Assembly (NCBI GenBank): GCA_030141605.1
Contig: JAQGDQ010000403.1
Coordinates: forward strand, 147,069-211,068
Length of the DNA: 64,000 nt
Direction of reading: 5' to 3'
Source of the DNA: Tubiluchus corallicola
Lineage: Eukaryota; Animalia; Priapulida
Each line of letters opens with the position of its first letter. Positions within the stretch are counted from its first letter, which is position 1. Shown one piece after another: positions 25,762 through 41,528 of the stretch. Position numbers and translations under genes: made by a program. A model generated the notes under the pieces. It worked only from the letters and a program-made list of their open reading frames with translations, ran no database searches and was not told the DNA's origin.

Positions 25762-28222
25762 TTAGCCCAAGTATCTTAAACGTACACAACTGTTACTAAT
25801 GACTTTCTTAATTATTTTGTAATCAAGCATCAATATCTAGTTTTGCTCAAAATATCTCATTGCAATGACTATGATGAGGATAATGACAGTCATGGTAGCA
25901 ATATTGAGGATGATGGTGATAGTGAAAGCAGCGAAGGTAGTGTTTGTAATTATGATTATTATTATTATGATGATGATGATGATGAAAACGAGAATAATAA
26001 AAACTGACTAAAACGACATTACACTGATGGTGATGGTGGCGACGAAATGGAGTGATGATGATGACGGGCCAGCAGCGGGAGCTGCAATTGTAGTGATAGC
26101 AATGATAATCTTAAATGGCAGCTAGCTGTTCTTAACTCTGGTACTCTGGCAAAAATAGAGATAGCTTTATTGTAGTAACATTCAGTTCTGTACATGTTTT
26201 CTAGTTTTTTGAAAACATCTTGTAGGCCTAATTTATTTTTTTTTATTTGCTGAGAAACATTTAACGTAGACACTTGAAATATTACGTTGTGAAGTTTAAC
26301 TTAAGATGGATCTTAACCGGTTATATATGAGTAGATGATTGCACATGTGAAAAAGCTTAATCAGCGATCGACCAATCTTTGTGCAGTAAAAAATCAGAGT
26401 GAAATGAATCTAAATTCAAAACACATGTTTGGCATAATTCACGCGCATATTTTGCACAATTAATTTATTACGTGTTTTGTAATTCGACAAAAAAACAGAA
26501 TAACTTTATCCAAAATACAGGCAAAGGCCAAGTGTTTGCCGGCAGAGTGCAGTCAACAGATGGGCAAAAATATTTACAGGTGTAATTAACAGATGGTCTC
26601 ATAAATGCAAATGGTAGCCATGATAAAACAATGATTAATATTCCATGATTATTTAAAAACGTTAATTAGTTGGGCGCACTGTGTCGACACAACAATCATA
26701 CATATAAACATTACTAGCCTTACTAAACCCATACAACCGTAGGGCCATCGTTACCCTTACAATTCATTTTAATGTACTGTGTAACCTCAATGGCTTGTGC
26801 TTAACTCAATTATGTTGTAGCAAATCGAGTGGCCATTGGCTGTGAACTGAAACACTGAGACTGCAACGATCGCATGATAATATGTAAATATCTCTAATTT
26901 GTTTTCTGCGCATTGTATCCTAAAAACATCCTGTAAAAATAGCTTAGCTGGGAAACATAATGTAGTAGTATAATTATACATTAAGTACTGTATAATGCAA
27001 AAAGCAATTAAATGTTCTGGTGTGAATGAACGGCTTGCCATAGCCGCACAAGATATTCAACGCTAATTTCCACTAATTACGCCAGTAACGCAAGTACAAA
27101 AATCTCTAACTAATATCTAATTAGGCACCACAAATCTTTTAGCATCTTAAATTATGTAAGCCTACGTTACTTTTGCAGTCCATGGCAATTACCAAAAGTT
27201 CTGAAAATTAATTGCAGACTGTGTATGAAGTTCTTCATACGAACAGCTAAGGTTAGGATGATCCCATCAAATTTCAACACAACTGGATCATGGGAACGTG
27301 CAATTTAAATAAATTTAAATGAATTTAAAATGATTTAATTAATTAAACAGCTTTAGTTAATTAACTAATTAGCAAATTGCTGCATTTTTAAACCAAAAAC
27401 ATCTTATCTCATCCCGATAAATACTTTTGATATTGGATAAATAGGCCTGTTTTTGGAGACAAAAAGAATGTGACAGACAAACGGACAGACAAACGGACAG
27501 GCAAAGTGATTTAATCACCAGATTTTTTGCTAGGAATTTGTACGGATGGCACATTCAACACAAAAAGATAATTTTTGACTGTTTAACGCAGTCAATGAAT
27601 CAAGGGACGACATCACTGATTACCAGGGTTCACATAATCGCTGTAATAGGCGATTTGATTTTAAAACTCTGCCCGTTTCTTTGAATGTGTCTTTGTAGAA
27701 TGTTAATGATGCCAGATACAGGCAACGCCAGCAAGCAATCTCAGCAGCATATTGGAAACGTTTGGGAACTTCACTATTGTGCCACATGTTCAAAAACATC
27801 TACTGTGAAAAATTACACAGAGCTGTTCGGGCGTAATGTAGAGAGCGCATGCGCGCTTTATTCCGGCCAACTTATCGCAGTTATGTTCAAGCTGTATTAT
27901 TAGAACTTGATACGCATAAGTACATCACTAAAACACAGCAGCTCTTTATCAATATTCAAGTCTAAATTAAAAAAACATTTAATGACTCGTTTTGAATATC
28001 AGACATACGAACACGACGATACTTACTCAAATCATAATTTCATTTTTCCTAGACCTTACTAAACTAGTTTACATTTTATTTTTGAATTTCTAGTTGCACT
28101 TATAGTTTAGCTTGCACCAGACGCTTTTGCCCAGAACAGTGTACGTTTTTTATATGAACTAACACCGATTGTCTGTCTTTTATTATGATGGTCAATGTTT
28201 TTAAAATGGCAAATAAAGATTT

Positions 28223-28330
<108 letters not shown>

Positions 28331-28371
28331 ATTGAAAACTGGAAGAATATGCACAATGAACGTAACAAAAG

Positions 28372-29043
28372 GCTAATAATATCGATAAATCTTCTATAGC
28401 TATGTTATGTAAGCCATGTCAACCATAAATTATTAATAGAATCGGCCAGGTGGCCTTTCTGATCGGTGACAGTACGTGCCTGGAGTACGTGCATAATCTT
28501 TTGACAAATCAGTACATTGGAAAAGTGATAACCTTACACGAAAGCCATACACAATATAAATACAACATCAATTAGTTCTTAAATTCCACAGTTAAGGCAT
28601 TTATTCCCAGGAGGGCATTGTTCAATTTAAGGAGTATCACATTGTCGCTCGACTGGATGGTGTGATTTTAAAGCTTTGCCTTTTTGTCTCAGCTGGCAAT
28701 CTCCGGGGCGTCACGGAAAAGTATGGTAACTTGATCATTGTGCGACGCATATTCAGTAAATACTCCAATCTAATTTTTCCTAGCAGTCCGGTGTCTCACA
28801 GAACTGCCTTTAGGCCTAAATTATGCCATACGTGTTTGTATTTATTGGCGCAAACATAACAGTTTTTTTCAAATAGGCTAATAGATGTGTATAGGCAATT
28901 AATTACTGGTAACTGGAAAAATTAGCACAATAAATTTAACACGCTAATAATATCAATAAATCTTCTAGCTATGTATGTCATTTACAAATTATTAATAGAA
29001 TCGATGAGGCGGCGCTTGTGATCGGTGACAATACGTACCAGGA
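28372..29043. repeat. Dispersed ~105-bp direct duplication (28372-28487 and 28943-29043)
   Basis: gctaataatatc.ataaatcttcta...aaattattaatagaatcg...gatcggtgaca.tacgt.cc occurs twice. Confidence 0.8.
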
Positions 29044-29893
29044 ACAGCCATGCTAATGGGTTACACCGCACACTTAGCAACTAGTACGCAAGGACGTAAT
29101 AGGGCTGATTGAAAAGAAAATCCGAGAATGTTGTTATGGGAACAGTCAATATTACTGTTAGGTATAGACCTAAGGGTTGGGCCATAGCATTGCGTTTTAA
29201 AATGATGTATTAATCACTACAATTCTAATAAAATCCGAAAATGAAGTGTTCTGAAGGTTTTTAATTACATACCACCCAATGAGCTACGCCAAGTAACGCG
29301 ATACGTACAAGTGTTTAACAGTATAATTTGTACCTCATTGATTTAATGATGCACGTAAAAGCAATAATGTTCAAAAGTTCAGATCATTCCTTAAAACTTA
29401 AAATTTTATAATTAATTAGAAATTTAATATGGACTTATGGATTTAATTACGGCTGATTTTTATATTACATGTATTACGATTTTAGTTTGATTTATAACAG
29501 CCTATTGTGTATGTACTACTTAGGTGTTAATATTTTAAGTATGTAAAATCTCTTTGTCCATTTTTAATGTTAATGCAGTTTAAATATTAAATAAATTATT
29601 ATTGATTATTATTATTATTATTATTATTATTATTGTTATTATTATTATACAACTCAAGCTGTCTTCATTTTAAAAAAATTACGCTATTCACGCATGTTTT
29701 AGCATTTTCGTTGCCGGTCGAGAGTTTTACGTAACGTTTGGGTATTACTGCAAATATAGCGCTGACATTTTGGTCAAGGCTGTTGCAGTAGTTTACAATG
29801 CAAAATATGATGTAGTACGAATTCTGTGTTTAAGTAAAAACACAGTCCGAGAATTAGGTAGGAAACTATAAACAAATCTGAAAAAACTTAAAC

Positions 29894-29965
29894 TGCGTCG
29901 GCCGGGAGTCGAACCCGGATCAACTGCTTGGAAGGCAGCTATGCTAACCGTTATACCACCGACGC
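29894..29965 (-). tRNA. trnG-TCC: tRNA-Gly(TCC)
   Basis: GCGTCGGTGGTATAACGGTTAGCATAGCTGCCTTCCAAGCAGTTGATCCGGGTTCGACTCCCGGCCGACGCA. 7-bp acceptor stem, anticodon loop CT-TCC-AA, T-loop GGTTCGACTCC, followed by an oligo-T Pol III terminator. Confidence 0.97.
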
Positions 29966-30437
29966 TGAACAAAAATAAGTACACAAACACATACTTGGAA
30001 AGTGCTGCAATTCAGTAAGCGTCACACAACGAGTTTCTTAAACAATGTTATCTTTCGGCCAGGAAATGAGCATTACCTGATCATAAACACAAACAAAATT
30101 AATGTTACACAATACACGCAGATTTCTCAGGACTGAGCTAGAAACACGCGTAAAAGTGGGTTGTGGGACTGCAGCTTGGCGCTATCTCTCGACCGTTAAA
30201 TGAATTATCTTGTCGTCTGCATTGCAAACAAACATGCTTCACAGGAGTACATGATTTTTTAAAAAGTTGTTTAGAACATGTGCGAAAGTAAATATTCGGA
30301 GAAGTATGACAAGGTAAAATAAAAACAACATGAAGATCTGTGTGTGTTTATTTGTAATAGGAGCAAATATTTTTATGACCAAAGGAATAATAGGAATTAC
30401 AGCATTAAACTGTGTTGACTAAACAATTCCAGCCAAA

Positions 30438-30755
30438 TGTTACTATAACAAGATAAGATATTACAATACTCGAAAATTAAATTGTCAGAAAATTAACGGT
30501 TACCGCACGTGTGCAACAGCAGCCTATCTGTTCAAAAACAAAAAGCAGTGCAACCAACAGTGCCTATCCAAACCAGGCAATCCACTTTTTTGCTTGGCAT
30601 CCAAAGAGCTTTTAAAATTACGAAAAAATGTCACTATAATAAACTGTGGTATTACAATGCTCGAAAACTCGAATGGTTACTGCACGTATCTAACAGCAGC
30701 TTATGTATTCCACAACAAAAAGCAATGCAGCCAGGACTGCACATTCAAACCAGCT
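30438..30755. repeat. Diverged tandem duplication, period about 190 bp
   Basis: tgttactataa..attacaatactcgaaaa..ggttaccgcacgt..aacagcagc..aaaagcagtgca..ccaaaccag recurs at ~30629-30755. Confidence 0.65.
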
Positions 30756-32766
30756 ATGTGCAACAATCACTAGCAAAGGGGCCATGTGTGTTGTGTACCG
30801 TTTGAAGAGATGGCATTATCTCTTCAAGAAGAAGAAGAAATGTAAACAATTTGATTATCGAGGTTGAGAAGGAAATGCAAACAATTTTTTGAGCAAAAAA
30901 ACAATGTGAAGAAAAGTGCAAAAAATATTCAGTTAATTTTACTTGACTTGTTATGTACATATAATTAAGGACTAATAAATAAATTATTTATTTTCAGATG
31001 ATAAAAAGTGTCATTAATTAGCTATTACTAAGTAAAACAATCACAGCTTAAATGTCGCCGTGAAGACACTAATTGGATTTTCTTCATACACAATGTGCAG
31101 TTAAAGATTCTTCAAATTCAAAGTTTAGTCACCAAATTTAGTGTTCAGTCCAGTACTGTTCAGTGACTTTTTGTATCAAGGTAAGCAGTCAAAAACTGCT
31201 ACTCAGGTGAAACAGGCAAAAACAAACTTAGGCAAAACTTGCAATTATTATCTCATGACATTTCTTTATTAGCTGATAAAGAAACTTCCTCCTACAATGA
31301 ATATTTTTGGAATAATGACCAACTCACATGATCTTCATCTGAAACATCTTCCCAACTATACATACTCAAATCTTTCAGTTTCATAATTATAATAAGGAGT
31401 GCACAGTAAAATATGTTGTAAGTGCTCCAAGTCCAAAGCATACTTGTTCATGGCTACTCTGTCATGTTCAGCTATTTTCTAAGTTCCACCTAAGTAAGGC
31501 TTTCACATTCACTTCCAAGGCACTAATTTTCGCCTTTATAGGCAGCACAATAAGGCGGAGAACATGCTTCAAGTTTTTTTGCCACTGTCACAAACCTTTT
31601 TCCATCTATGTCAGTTGTTTTTAAACCCACCCCAACCCAATGCTAGTGCCGAAATGTTTCCAAAGACTTCTAATTTAAGTGTATCTTCTAAAACATGATT
31701 CTTTTTATCCATTTAGACTTTATCCCATTAAGCACTGCAAATGATATTACCCCTGTCATACCGTAATAAAACTTGTAGCAACATGCAGTGCAGCTACAAA
31801 TTATTATTTTAATGTCGGTCTGAATGGATTTGTCACCACAGATTTGATCGAGAACAAACTCAGCATTATCTAGAAGCAGAAAGGATTGAAATTTCTCTAC
31901 CTCATAAGAGAGGGCAGTAGCTGTTCATTTGTTGTTTTTACAGCAGACGGTTGTTGTAAGATGAAAGCCTGTTTTTGGTTACGCGGTTCAACACAGTAAT
32001 ATTTAAAAAATACATGAGTGACTACTTTTTCCTTTTAAGAATGACAATGTAGCATTGACTGTTGATGCCAAAAGCTGGCAAGATACTCTTTTTCTTGTTT
32101 GAGGCTGTAAAACTAGTGTAGTCTCTGAAAATAGGAAGATGAGTAAAATTTGCAAGATCTGGGTAACTTTTCTCTTTCATGTACATGATAAATTTTTAAT
32201 TTTTGTGGCAATCCTGAAGAAGAAAAAAAAGTTTTGCTGTACTTTCCTATAATTATAAGTATTATAACCTGATGGTTGGAGGAAAATTTTAATGTGGGTT
32301 CATTCAGTGCATTGTCCAACAAATTAAGAAAAATCTGTGCATGTGTTAATTGGGCAAAAAGTCTTTGAAAAGATAAACTACTATGAGCAATTCAATTGTA
32401 ATTCGTTAACTGAAAATAAACAAAACTTGCAAGATGAAAGTCATGAAGCTAATAAAGATCCTAGCAAAAAATTAAGTTCATTTTGCTGGGGCATTATCTA
32501 AAAGGAGGAGTGCAGCCATCTTTACTCATGCGACTACCATGCCCACCTCTTCAATTAGCAATCTCCAACCTAGGATAAGCTAAAATCTGTTTACTGTAGA
32601 CCAAAATACTAAGTAGTTGACATGATTTTTCCTAAATTTCCAAGAATCAGATTTTATAGTGAAATATACCAGAATCGTTATCCATGTAAAAAGTTTTAAC
32701 TTTGTCCATTTTACAGAATGCATTGATTATGTACAATATAACAAGTGTTTTTATTTATGTGCAGAA

Positions 32767-35700
32767 ATGGAAATAGACACAAAGCTATTGGTGTGGATGT
32801 TCTTCTTAATACAGGCACTCACAACAGCACAGGAAGTATCCAGTAAGTATATGTGCTTAAATAAACCTGAAACTCTCAACTTACTGTAGTTAAGAGAACA
32901 TTAGGTTTGGAGATAGGTTTAGGATTTAAACTTTATGCTACAACTACAGTTTCTTTTTCATCAAAAGGTAGTTGGCAGTCTATCAGGCTTAAAGAAAACA
33001 ATAAACTCACAAACTAACATGCTATCTTAGGAAGAAATGGACAGGCCAATGCACAAAGAGGCAAATGTGCTGTAGTGCTAGGAACCTGCATTTGCTGACA
33101 GTCAAACAAGTTGGAAATTTGTTAACTATCTAATTTTCAGTTCATTAATTGAGGTTCAATGTGGTATAGGAACACAAAATTACGTTTATTTATTACGACA
33201 TTTAAACCCTCTTTAAAACTGTTTGGTAGGTTATGTGACTAAATACATCCACTGGGTAACTAGTCCAGTAGAACTTCATAAACAGTTGTCCTATTTGGTC
33301 ATGATGGAAAATAAAGGCTTTACAGAACCACTTACTCGCACAAGACTGAATGCTTAGTTGCATATGCTCCTTAATCTTCAAAATAGTTGTTATGTAACTT
33401 ATGTAAACAACTGGGCAACTGAGTAAATGTGTATTATCACACAGTGTTATATCAGTTACAAAAATATCATAAAATTCACACTGAGGTAGCTTAAGTTAGT
33501 AAAAGGATGTTCTTAGTCATGCTGCAATCTGTATAGTCAATTAGTAAGTAGCTCAGTTGGTCGTACAAACACTAAAATGGTAAAATTCTTTGTACACTGT
33601 TGCCAAAAGTGAGTTTGGATAGCTATATATGAGAAATAAGCACTCATCATATCAAATGAGTGGGGGGGGGGGGCAGTAAAGTTCATTCACTGTTGAAAAC
33701 TTTGTTATTCTGACTGACTAACAGAAGTTATGCAGAAAAAGTGCCTTTTTTTACAATCCTAACAAGTTTCTGTCACTTTTAGAAAAAGATGTAACTTGTA
33801 ATACCGATGACATCCAATTGGATCTGCTTTTCGGGGGGCGGTTTAATGGTATTGTTTATGCAAAGGACTACTTCTCAAGGTCAAGATGTCGACAAGAAGG
33901 AGAAGGTTCCAGAACCATGAGATTCTCTCTAGAATTAAACACGTGTGGTGTTAATGAAGATGTAATGATCTTGAGATATTTTTGTACTTTTTATATTAGC
34001 ACTACACATGTAGAACCAAACTGTTAGAACAGCCAGTAAATAGCTCTCATGAGATTTATGATTATTTGAATATTAATGAAACTTGTGCGAATTCAATGGT
34101 TGATGCTATTCCAACACTTGCTGTTCATTTGAAGCAATTTCTTCTATGATGTCTACATATATTTTGCAGGATGATATTGCTGAAGTTACCATCATTGTAC
34201 AAAAAAATCCTGATGTTATACTTGATGGCGATGAAGCATACCACATTACTTGTGATTATGGCACTCAGGTTGGAGACACCGTGAATTTGAATGTTGGTCT
34301 TCGCCCAAAGTAAGTTCAAATTACCATATACAATCACACAATTGAAGAAGTAACCTAATGAGAATGCAATGTTTTACTGTTTTAAAATATTGTAAGCTAT
34401 GTTTCTTCTACTAAATATGATACTTAATATGTCTGCCTGCAGGAAAATCTGCATTATGTGAAAATCTGAAATCCATACTCTTAAAAGTAAAACTTGTATT
34501 CTATAAACACTTTTGTTTTAATAGCGATTTACCAACAGAATCTCTTGACTCAGCTGCAGAAGAACTAGCTGTAGTCATGAGCATTCTCCCAGACAACGAC
34601 GCGTTTCGCGACGATGAGGTGACTGAAGTGGATGTCGGAGATACTATCGTGCTGGCTGTTGATCTGGTGGACACTGGTAAGTTGCCCTCTACCCATTTCT
34701 AATGCAGAGAAGTGGACTGATTTGATGCTTTGAAATATTTTGGAAAGTGAAAAGGTAATCTAATAAACTCAGTGGAGCTAAGAAAGAAGGTTAAAGGTGT
34801 AGCCACCATTTTTATGTCTGCCTATCTGGCTTTACATTTTCTTCATCTGATAAACAGACTTTGAATTTCAAAGTATTTTTCAGTTCCACTGATCATTTAT
34901 ATCAACAAATTAGGCAGCTGCAAACACAGTGAAGAAAGACCTGGAAAACTAATTCCAAAAATAAATCGGAGAATCTGTTATCAAAAGCACTTTTCACATT
35001 CACACCACAATGATATTTTGGCTAGCAAACAAACATTGAATGGTAAAATTGTAGCTTTCCCAAACATTTTATTAACCAATTTAGTTGGACCAAGCTTCAG
35101 CACATTTCACACATACTGTGAAATTTTGTAATGAATTCAAATTATTTATGATTGCCAACGGTTTTTAGCTGGTCCACACCTTTCATGTCAGTGCTTGGGC
35201 CAGTATGAAAGCTATTTGTTTATTTTAGCAGTCCTTTTGCTGGTGTGTAATATACTATTTATTCTCAAAAATACCTAACTGCAAACACTTTAAAGTAAGC
35301 TCTTAGGAATCTTGCTGTCCACATTTAAACAACTTGACTCTAAACCAGAACTTGAACATCTAAATTGAGTCACAAATTTAACATGTGCTATTGTGTGCAG
35401 AAGGTATTCATGCTTGTAAAATCCTGCCATTTGCTACATGTTCACCAGTGGTTGTGGAAACATGGCAGTGAACAGATCAAATTAGTGAAATTCTGTTGTG
35501 TGGTCCAAAAAATGGAAATAACTTGTCAATATCTTTTCAGAATAAGAGATATTTATATTTCTTTTGAGAAATACTTTTTAAGATTTGCCTAGTCATTTGT
35601 TATGGCACACATGCACATTTTCTGGTTTAGTTCCAAATATCATACATTAAAGCGGATAATAATATTTTTTACTAATATACATTAATAAAGAGGTAATTAA

Positions 35701-38345
35701 TTTTGTTTTAGATGATTATGAGTCATTTCGCTTGTATTCTTGCACTGCAGAAGACAATGATGGAAATGAATTATCACTTGTAGATGACGATGGGTAAGCT
35801 GCCTTCTCAGTTTTTTTAATAAAGAAACATTTTTTCATACCAATTAATACTAGTAGTTCGTACAAGTATTTGTTAGTGTATGTATGTACAGTACAAGGTT
35901 CTACTACAAATTGCTTTATGAATTTCAGTAGCTTCAGAAATTTTTTTGCTGAAAACACTGAATAAACTCATTAACATGGTAGATGCGAATCGTTAACATT
36001 GTGTGAATTAGGCAAATGACTATCAGACTATTGATAAATGATACGGATCACGTTATAGTTAAATATGGCTAATGTTCCTTTTTTGTGCAATTCGGAATCT
36101 TGAGACCGATATCTGATTCAGTACACACCCTCTCTTTACGATGTAAACAGCCATAATCAGCACGGCGAATGAAACAGCCCAGAACGAAAATCGATGTGCC
36201 TCACACATTCAATCACTGATCAATCTGGGGTCCATTCTCAAATAAACTTAAATAGAGAAGCTTTAATTAACTCGTGAACCTAATTAAATGTTCCTAGTCA
36301 TAGAAATATTAATGCCAAGATTAAATCAGTAAAATTGGTTATCATTGCAAAGTGGAATAATTTCACGATTTGTAACGACATCTTTCTCTTATAATTGCCA
36401 GTGTTTAATGTCATTGCAGATGTGTTGAGAGTGACGCCTATGACCAAGACATAGTCAGTACACCAACTGTCCGCCGTAGACAAAATCAAGATGACGAATA
36501 CAGGAAATACTTTGAAATGAAAGCATTCAAATTCCCAGATATGGATCAAGTGACATTTAAATGTGTTGTAACTCAATGTGAACCAGATGATACCAGTTGT
36601 TCATTGGTAAGTAAAATTTCTGTATTACTTGATTTTGTTCTGTACTAGCAGAAGCCTGATGTAGAATACATGGGTACTAATCATTTGAAAAATAAAAAAG
36701 ACAACATTACTGGTAAACTACTACAGAAAAGGTAACTTAGAAAAATTACCTACCTTCAGTAATAAACCACTTATTTTTTGAGCAATCAACTGCCCCTACA
36801 ATTACTTAAAGAAAGTAACTCTTTTTAAAAACAGCTCATCTGTAATGTCTGAGCGACAAACATTTAATACAGCTAACAATTAGGTGTGGAAGCAAAACGA
36901 AAAAAATCACAAATCAATGGAATCATGTATGACAGTTTTATTTTAAAGACACAAAAATCTTTTTGGCTAGAGCAGTAAGTTGTAAGTTACCGTAAAGTAT
37001 TTGTAGTAACTACATATATATTTCATCCAAGGATGTTACCGAAACTGAATTTAGAAACCGAAACCGAAATTTAACAAACATAAGAAATGGATATCGAAAT
37101 GAAACTGAACAGAAACACTTTTGCGAAACCAACTAGTATTAAAACTTAAAAAAGGGAAATTATCGAACCGAAAATTTAGTTTTGGTAACATCCCTGATTT
37201 TATCTAATACGAAAATGACGGATGGTAAAAAATTAAAATCATAAATTTGGCAGCCGGGTAAACAAATTCACAGGGAGAGCTCTACTGCAAAAAAAACAAC
37301 AAAACTAGCATAACTGAACTACTGTTACTGACATTTCCTATATCATTGCAACAGTAACTTACATGTTAATTTACGTCTGAATTCAGCAATGTGATGCTCA
37401 AAGCGACGAACCAGAAAATGTTAGGACTCCTCAGACAGCAAGTAGCAGGAGACGCTTCAAGCGTGGCGTAGAGGAAATAGTAGCGAGAGCCAGTCAAATT
37501 ACAGGTACAACCAAGCGGACCACTCCAACACCGCCTGATGGAAAAACGAGGCTGTTCGGAACGGTTACGGTGAATGCACCACAACTGGAACCCCCTACAA
37601 CAACTGAAAGTGAGTACAATGCTTACAAGATAAATACGATTTCAATCATAAACAAGATTTGACATTAAAGTGGATATTAACAGTATCGTGATGGCCGTGG
37701 CGCCTGTGAAATCATTAACGTTACTTAAAATTTGCTGTTATTTGATATAATCCTGTGAGACTACAAGTCTTTAGTCAAAAAGCTACAGAGCAATGGCAAT
37801 AAATTAAGGTTAAGGCCTGACACATTCTGTGCAGTGTCACACATCAGACATGAAATGAACTGTATCGTGATTTTTCACTATTTATTTCACACGAATGTAT
37901 AGTCCATTTTGTTTTTAAACCCACAAATCACATCTATTGCATATTTCAACTCTCTTTATGTTCATGACACTGTATCAATTTTGAAGTAACATTAGAATGT
38001 GTACATTTTCAACATCTCTTGGAAAGCAAAGCACGTAGTACATGGTAATACAGTAATACTAAGTTTTTATCTCATACAGCACCAGAAGAGGAAGCTGAGA
38101 AGCAACAATACTGTTTTACCGTATCTTATCTGGTGGCGTGTGCATGCATCGTCTTTGGGTTGATCATGATGGCATTTACCGCGTGTCTTTGCTTCTGCGT
38201 CCGCTGGCATCGTGATGCAAAGGCACGTCAGCTCGCCGGGGATAGTCAACAATCAATTCTGAGCACCTCAAGCAGAGTGGACATGACCCGCATACCTCGA
38301 CCGTCTTTGATACAGCGAGATAACAGTGAGCGTCCGCGTATCTGA
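32767..38345 (+). CDS. ZP (zona pellucida)-domain type I membrane protein, cuticlin/dusky-like, 8 coding exons
   Basis: Exons 32767-32842 (signal peptide), 33783-33961 (VTCNTDDI...FNGIVYAKDY...C...CG, ZP-N), 34170-34309, 34525-34676, 35712-35793 (SCTA...LVDDDG), 36420-36606 (C...AFKFPD...FKCVVTQC, ZP-C), 37387-37609 (furin site RRRFKR), 38080-38345 (TM and tail). All GT-AG with consistent phases. Confidence 0.9.
37028..37196. mobile_element. Small hAT-like MITE in a ZP gene intron
   Basis: TIR caaggatgttaccgaaac / gttttggtaacatccctg. TSD atttcatc / attttatc (7/8). Internal gaaacc repeats. Confidence 0.8.
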
Positions 38346-40759
38346 TGAACTCGTCTGAACAGAAATCGTGCTCAATCGTCAGTTAATGATTTGAATGTTC
38401 ATTTGGCTGCCAGACATATAAAATCAAACTGGAAACAATGTCCATTTCAATAAAGTTTAAACACTACATGAGCAGTAATTTAACATAAACCTTACACACA
38501 CTGAATTCATGATGACCATACCCTGGGTGATTCAAGTTGGTTATACAGAAATACTTAAGCAAGGTATCTATATTCTGAGTACTTACATCAAGTTATATAG
38601 TGTGACTGTGTTTTGTGTCTGTTAACAATATACAGGTAGCTACCTATTAAATTTAAAAAATTGTGCAATATCAAGTAATTTTATGGTTTTGCCTGAACTT
38701 GTAACATTTTTAAGTGTCGCTAATTGTTTGATATAGAGGTTTTGACACATACTTGGTGTCTGTTACTGGAAGTTTTTCTAGTCAAAGAACTTGGTTGAAA
38801 ATATTTATCTTTTAATTTGCTAGATAAGTATGGTGTCTTTACCCGTTATGCTGCATTTTGCTTTGTGAATAACATTTAATTTTTACAAACAACGTAATAT
38901 TCTATTAAAAGAAATAACAATGCATCATCTCCGAGTCTGCGGCCAATGCTGAAAAGCAGCTAAATACATGGTATGACACTGCCAGAAACCTCAGATAGAC
39001 ATGCTACTTTGCACGAATACTTAGGTATTTTAATATTGCAATGTAACTCGTCGCCTTTTAGACTGTGTCATATGTTGGTTTGTATTTATAAAATACTTTA
39101 AATATAAAAAAAAATCTGCTTATCAACGTATTGAACTTGGATCATATTCTATTGGTTTTAATCATTAAATTTTTATGAATTTGTCCTAATATTATATTGC
39201 TTGCAGTGATGAGTGTGTAATGTAAAATGTATGCAATTGCTAACTATTATATACATGTATATTGATATCTATCCTTTCAATTATTTTATGCATCACTGTA
39301 AGCTAAATCTGTGATAGTTTGTGTTTTGTAACCTAATCAGTCACTAATGTAACAGTATAATGTAACAAGATCTACAAGCCAAATTTCGGTTATAGAATTC
39401 ATTATGGTTAGTTACCCACTGAGAATTCTGCAAAATTACTATTTTAAGGAATCGTTAAAATAATATGTAATGTAAATAGAGATATGACTCATGGTCCATA
39501 ATCAATGAAAGTGTTTTTTAATTAATGTATCTGAAATTGATTTTGCAAACTTATGAAACTTATGCTCGGATAATCTTATTGGAACATATTTTTATTAACA
39601 ATGGTAACTGGTATAATATTAATTATAATACAATATTGCTTTTTTTAGAATAAACCAGTAGCATTCACGTTTTTCCAAACTATCTGATTTTGCAATAATT
39701 GAACACTACCTAAAATTATATGTAATAGAAATCTCATGGATATGGTATATCATAATGCAGTTATAATTACAATGAATCTACTGTAAGTCTGTAATGCCTC
39801 TACTATAATGTAGATAGAAGTTAGAGTACAAGTTGTATAGCTTTTGTGTTGTTTTTTTATGCACATGCTTATGTTTGAATTGTAAATTCTTCATTTTAGT
39901 CGCATTCAGCTACAATAACAGAGAAAAAAGATATATGGAAAAATTATTAAGCCAGCGACATAAATTTTCACACCTATGCAATTTTTATTACGAAGATTCC
40001 TCTACTGATACTAATTATTGACGAAATCTTCATAGCAGAAAGATTTGGGAGTATCAGAAGACTAGTTATCCTGTTAAAATGGTAAAAATAAAACTCTGCT
40101 GTATCAAACTACTAATAAACGCAACACTGTTATTCTCTACAATTGTATTCATTCTGAGTATGCGTGTGTGCGTAAAAATTTTGTCAACAAAAATAACAAG
40201 TTGCCGACATGTATTATGCAGTAATTTCAGTGTAGATAAAAGTACTCAAAACCATCAAACATTTCTGTTTAATAACATCTATTTAGGAGCTCGTAAAATC
40301 AGTATCACAATTTTTTGAACTGTTACAAATAGCTAATAATTATTGGAAAAGTGACTAACAATTAAAGATCTAAAAAAGTCGTGGCATAAAACTGTAAAAT
40401 CATATTGACAATTCATCCCTGAATAGTGACTACAATTATTGAAAATAGTACAAAATATTTCAGTACAACTATAATTTACAGTGAAACGCGACAACATAAT
40501 TAAATAGAAAATAATGGAAAAATGATATGTATGTCTCATCATAAACAGGACTGCAAATATTCACTGTACTTCAGTATGCTGAATGTTGATCACTTGAATA
40601 CTGCAAGAATACTACAAAAATCTAACGTAGCTATAAAGCAATTTCTTCATTCTGCTGTCGCACTGTACCGTCATAAGAGCAAAAATCACAAAACACATAA
40701 AATTTTAATTATAATCTTAATGCCAAGGTTATAATAAATAATGGATCATGGCACAAACC

Positions 40760-41122
40760 CACATTATTTATTAACAATTCTGATACCGAACTTGAATAAC
40801 ACGAAATACAGAAAAGTTGTGATACAGCCTAGATTTGAACCAGGGACCTGCTTAGAAGGCGACACTTTAGACCACTCCCGGTGGTAAGGCAGTCGGAAGT
40901 TCATCCCTGCAGCTGGCTAGCCGAATTCTGCATATCACACTATAGATATTTTAACTAAATAATTAATTTATGAACTTTAGACAGCTTTGACTAGTGAGAG
41001 ATACAGCGACCTAGTGGTCCAAGTCATCTGCATTGTGAACAAAAGATCCAGGCTGAATTCCAACCAAATTTTTCACATTTCCTGCCTTTCAAGTTTGGTA
41101 TCAAAACTTAATTAATTGTGGT
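40760..41122. mobile_element. Two divergently oriented tRNA-derived SINE-like copies
   Basis: 40760-40880 (- strand; gatttgaaccagggacc, gaccact) and 41000-41122 (+ strand; ctagtggtc...gaattcc...aagtttggtatcaaaa). Same family as 12480-12610. Confidence 0.55.
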
Positions 41123-41528
41123 TAAGTTCCAAATTTTATTCTGCATAGTCATAGCAATGATGAGAAAACTCAAATTTTTCATCCCCAATCCAACCTAGTG
41201 TCATTGCGTCATTTCATTCACTCCAGCAAATGGATTAAATACATTCTCATATTTTTCAACTAGTTTTACCACACCAACTAGAAATACAGCACCCAGAAAG
41301 CCAAGAAAACTCAAGTAAAGTCACACAATAACGAATCCACTGATTTATCAGAATCAGCATGTGAAAACTGCAGACCTATGAGCTAAAACATGTCACTAAC
41401 GAACTAAACACACCTGTAACGTCAAGTATCTAGCACCATGGACATACTGCGCAATGCGGCACAAAAAATTAAAACAACCTACTTACTTAATCGCTTTAAC
41501 ACATAAAAAACTCTTCCAATTTCATTTC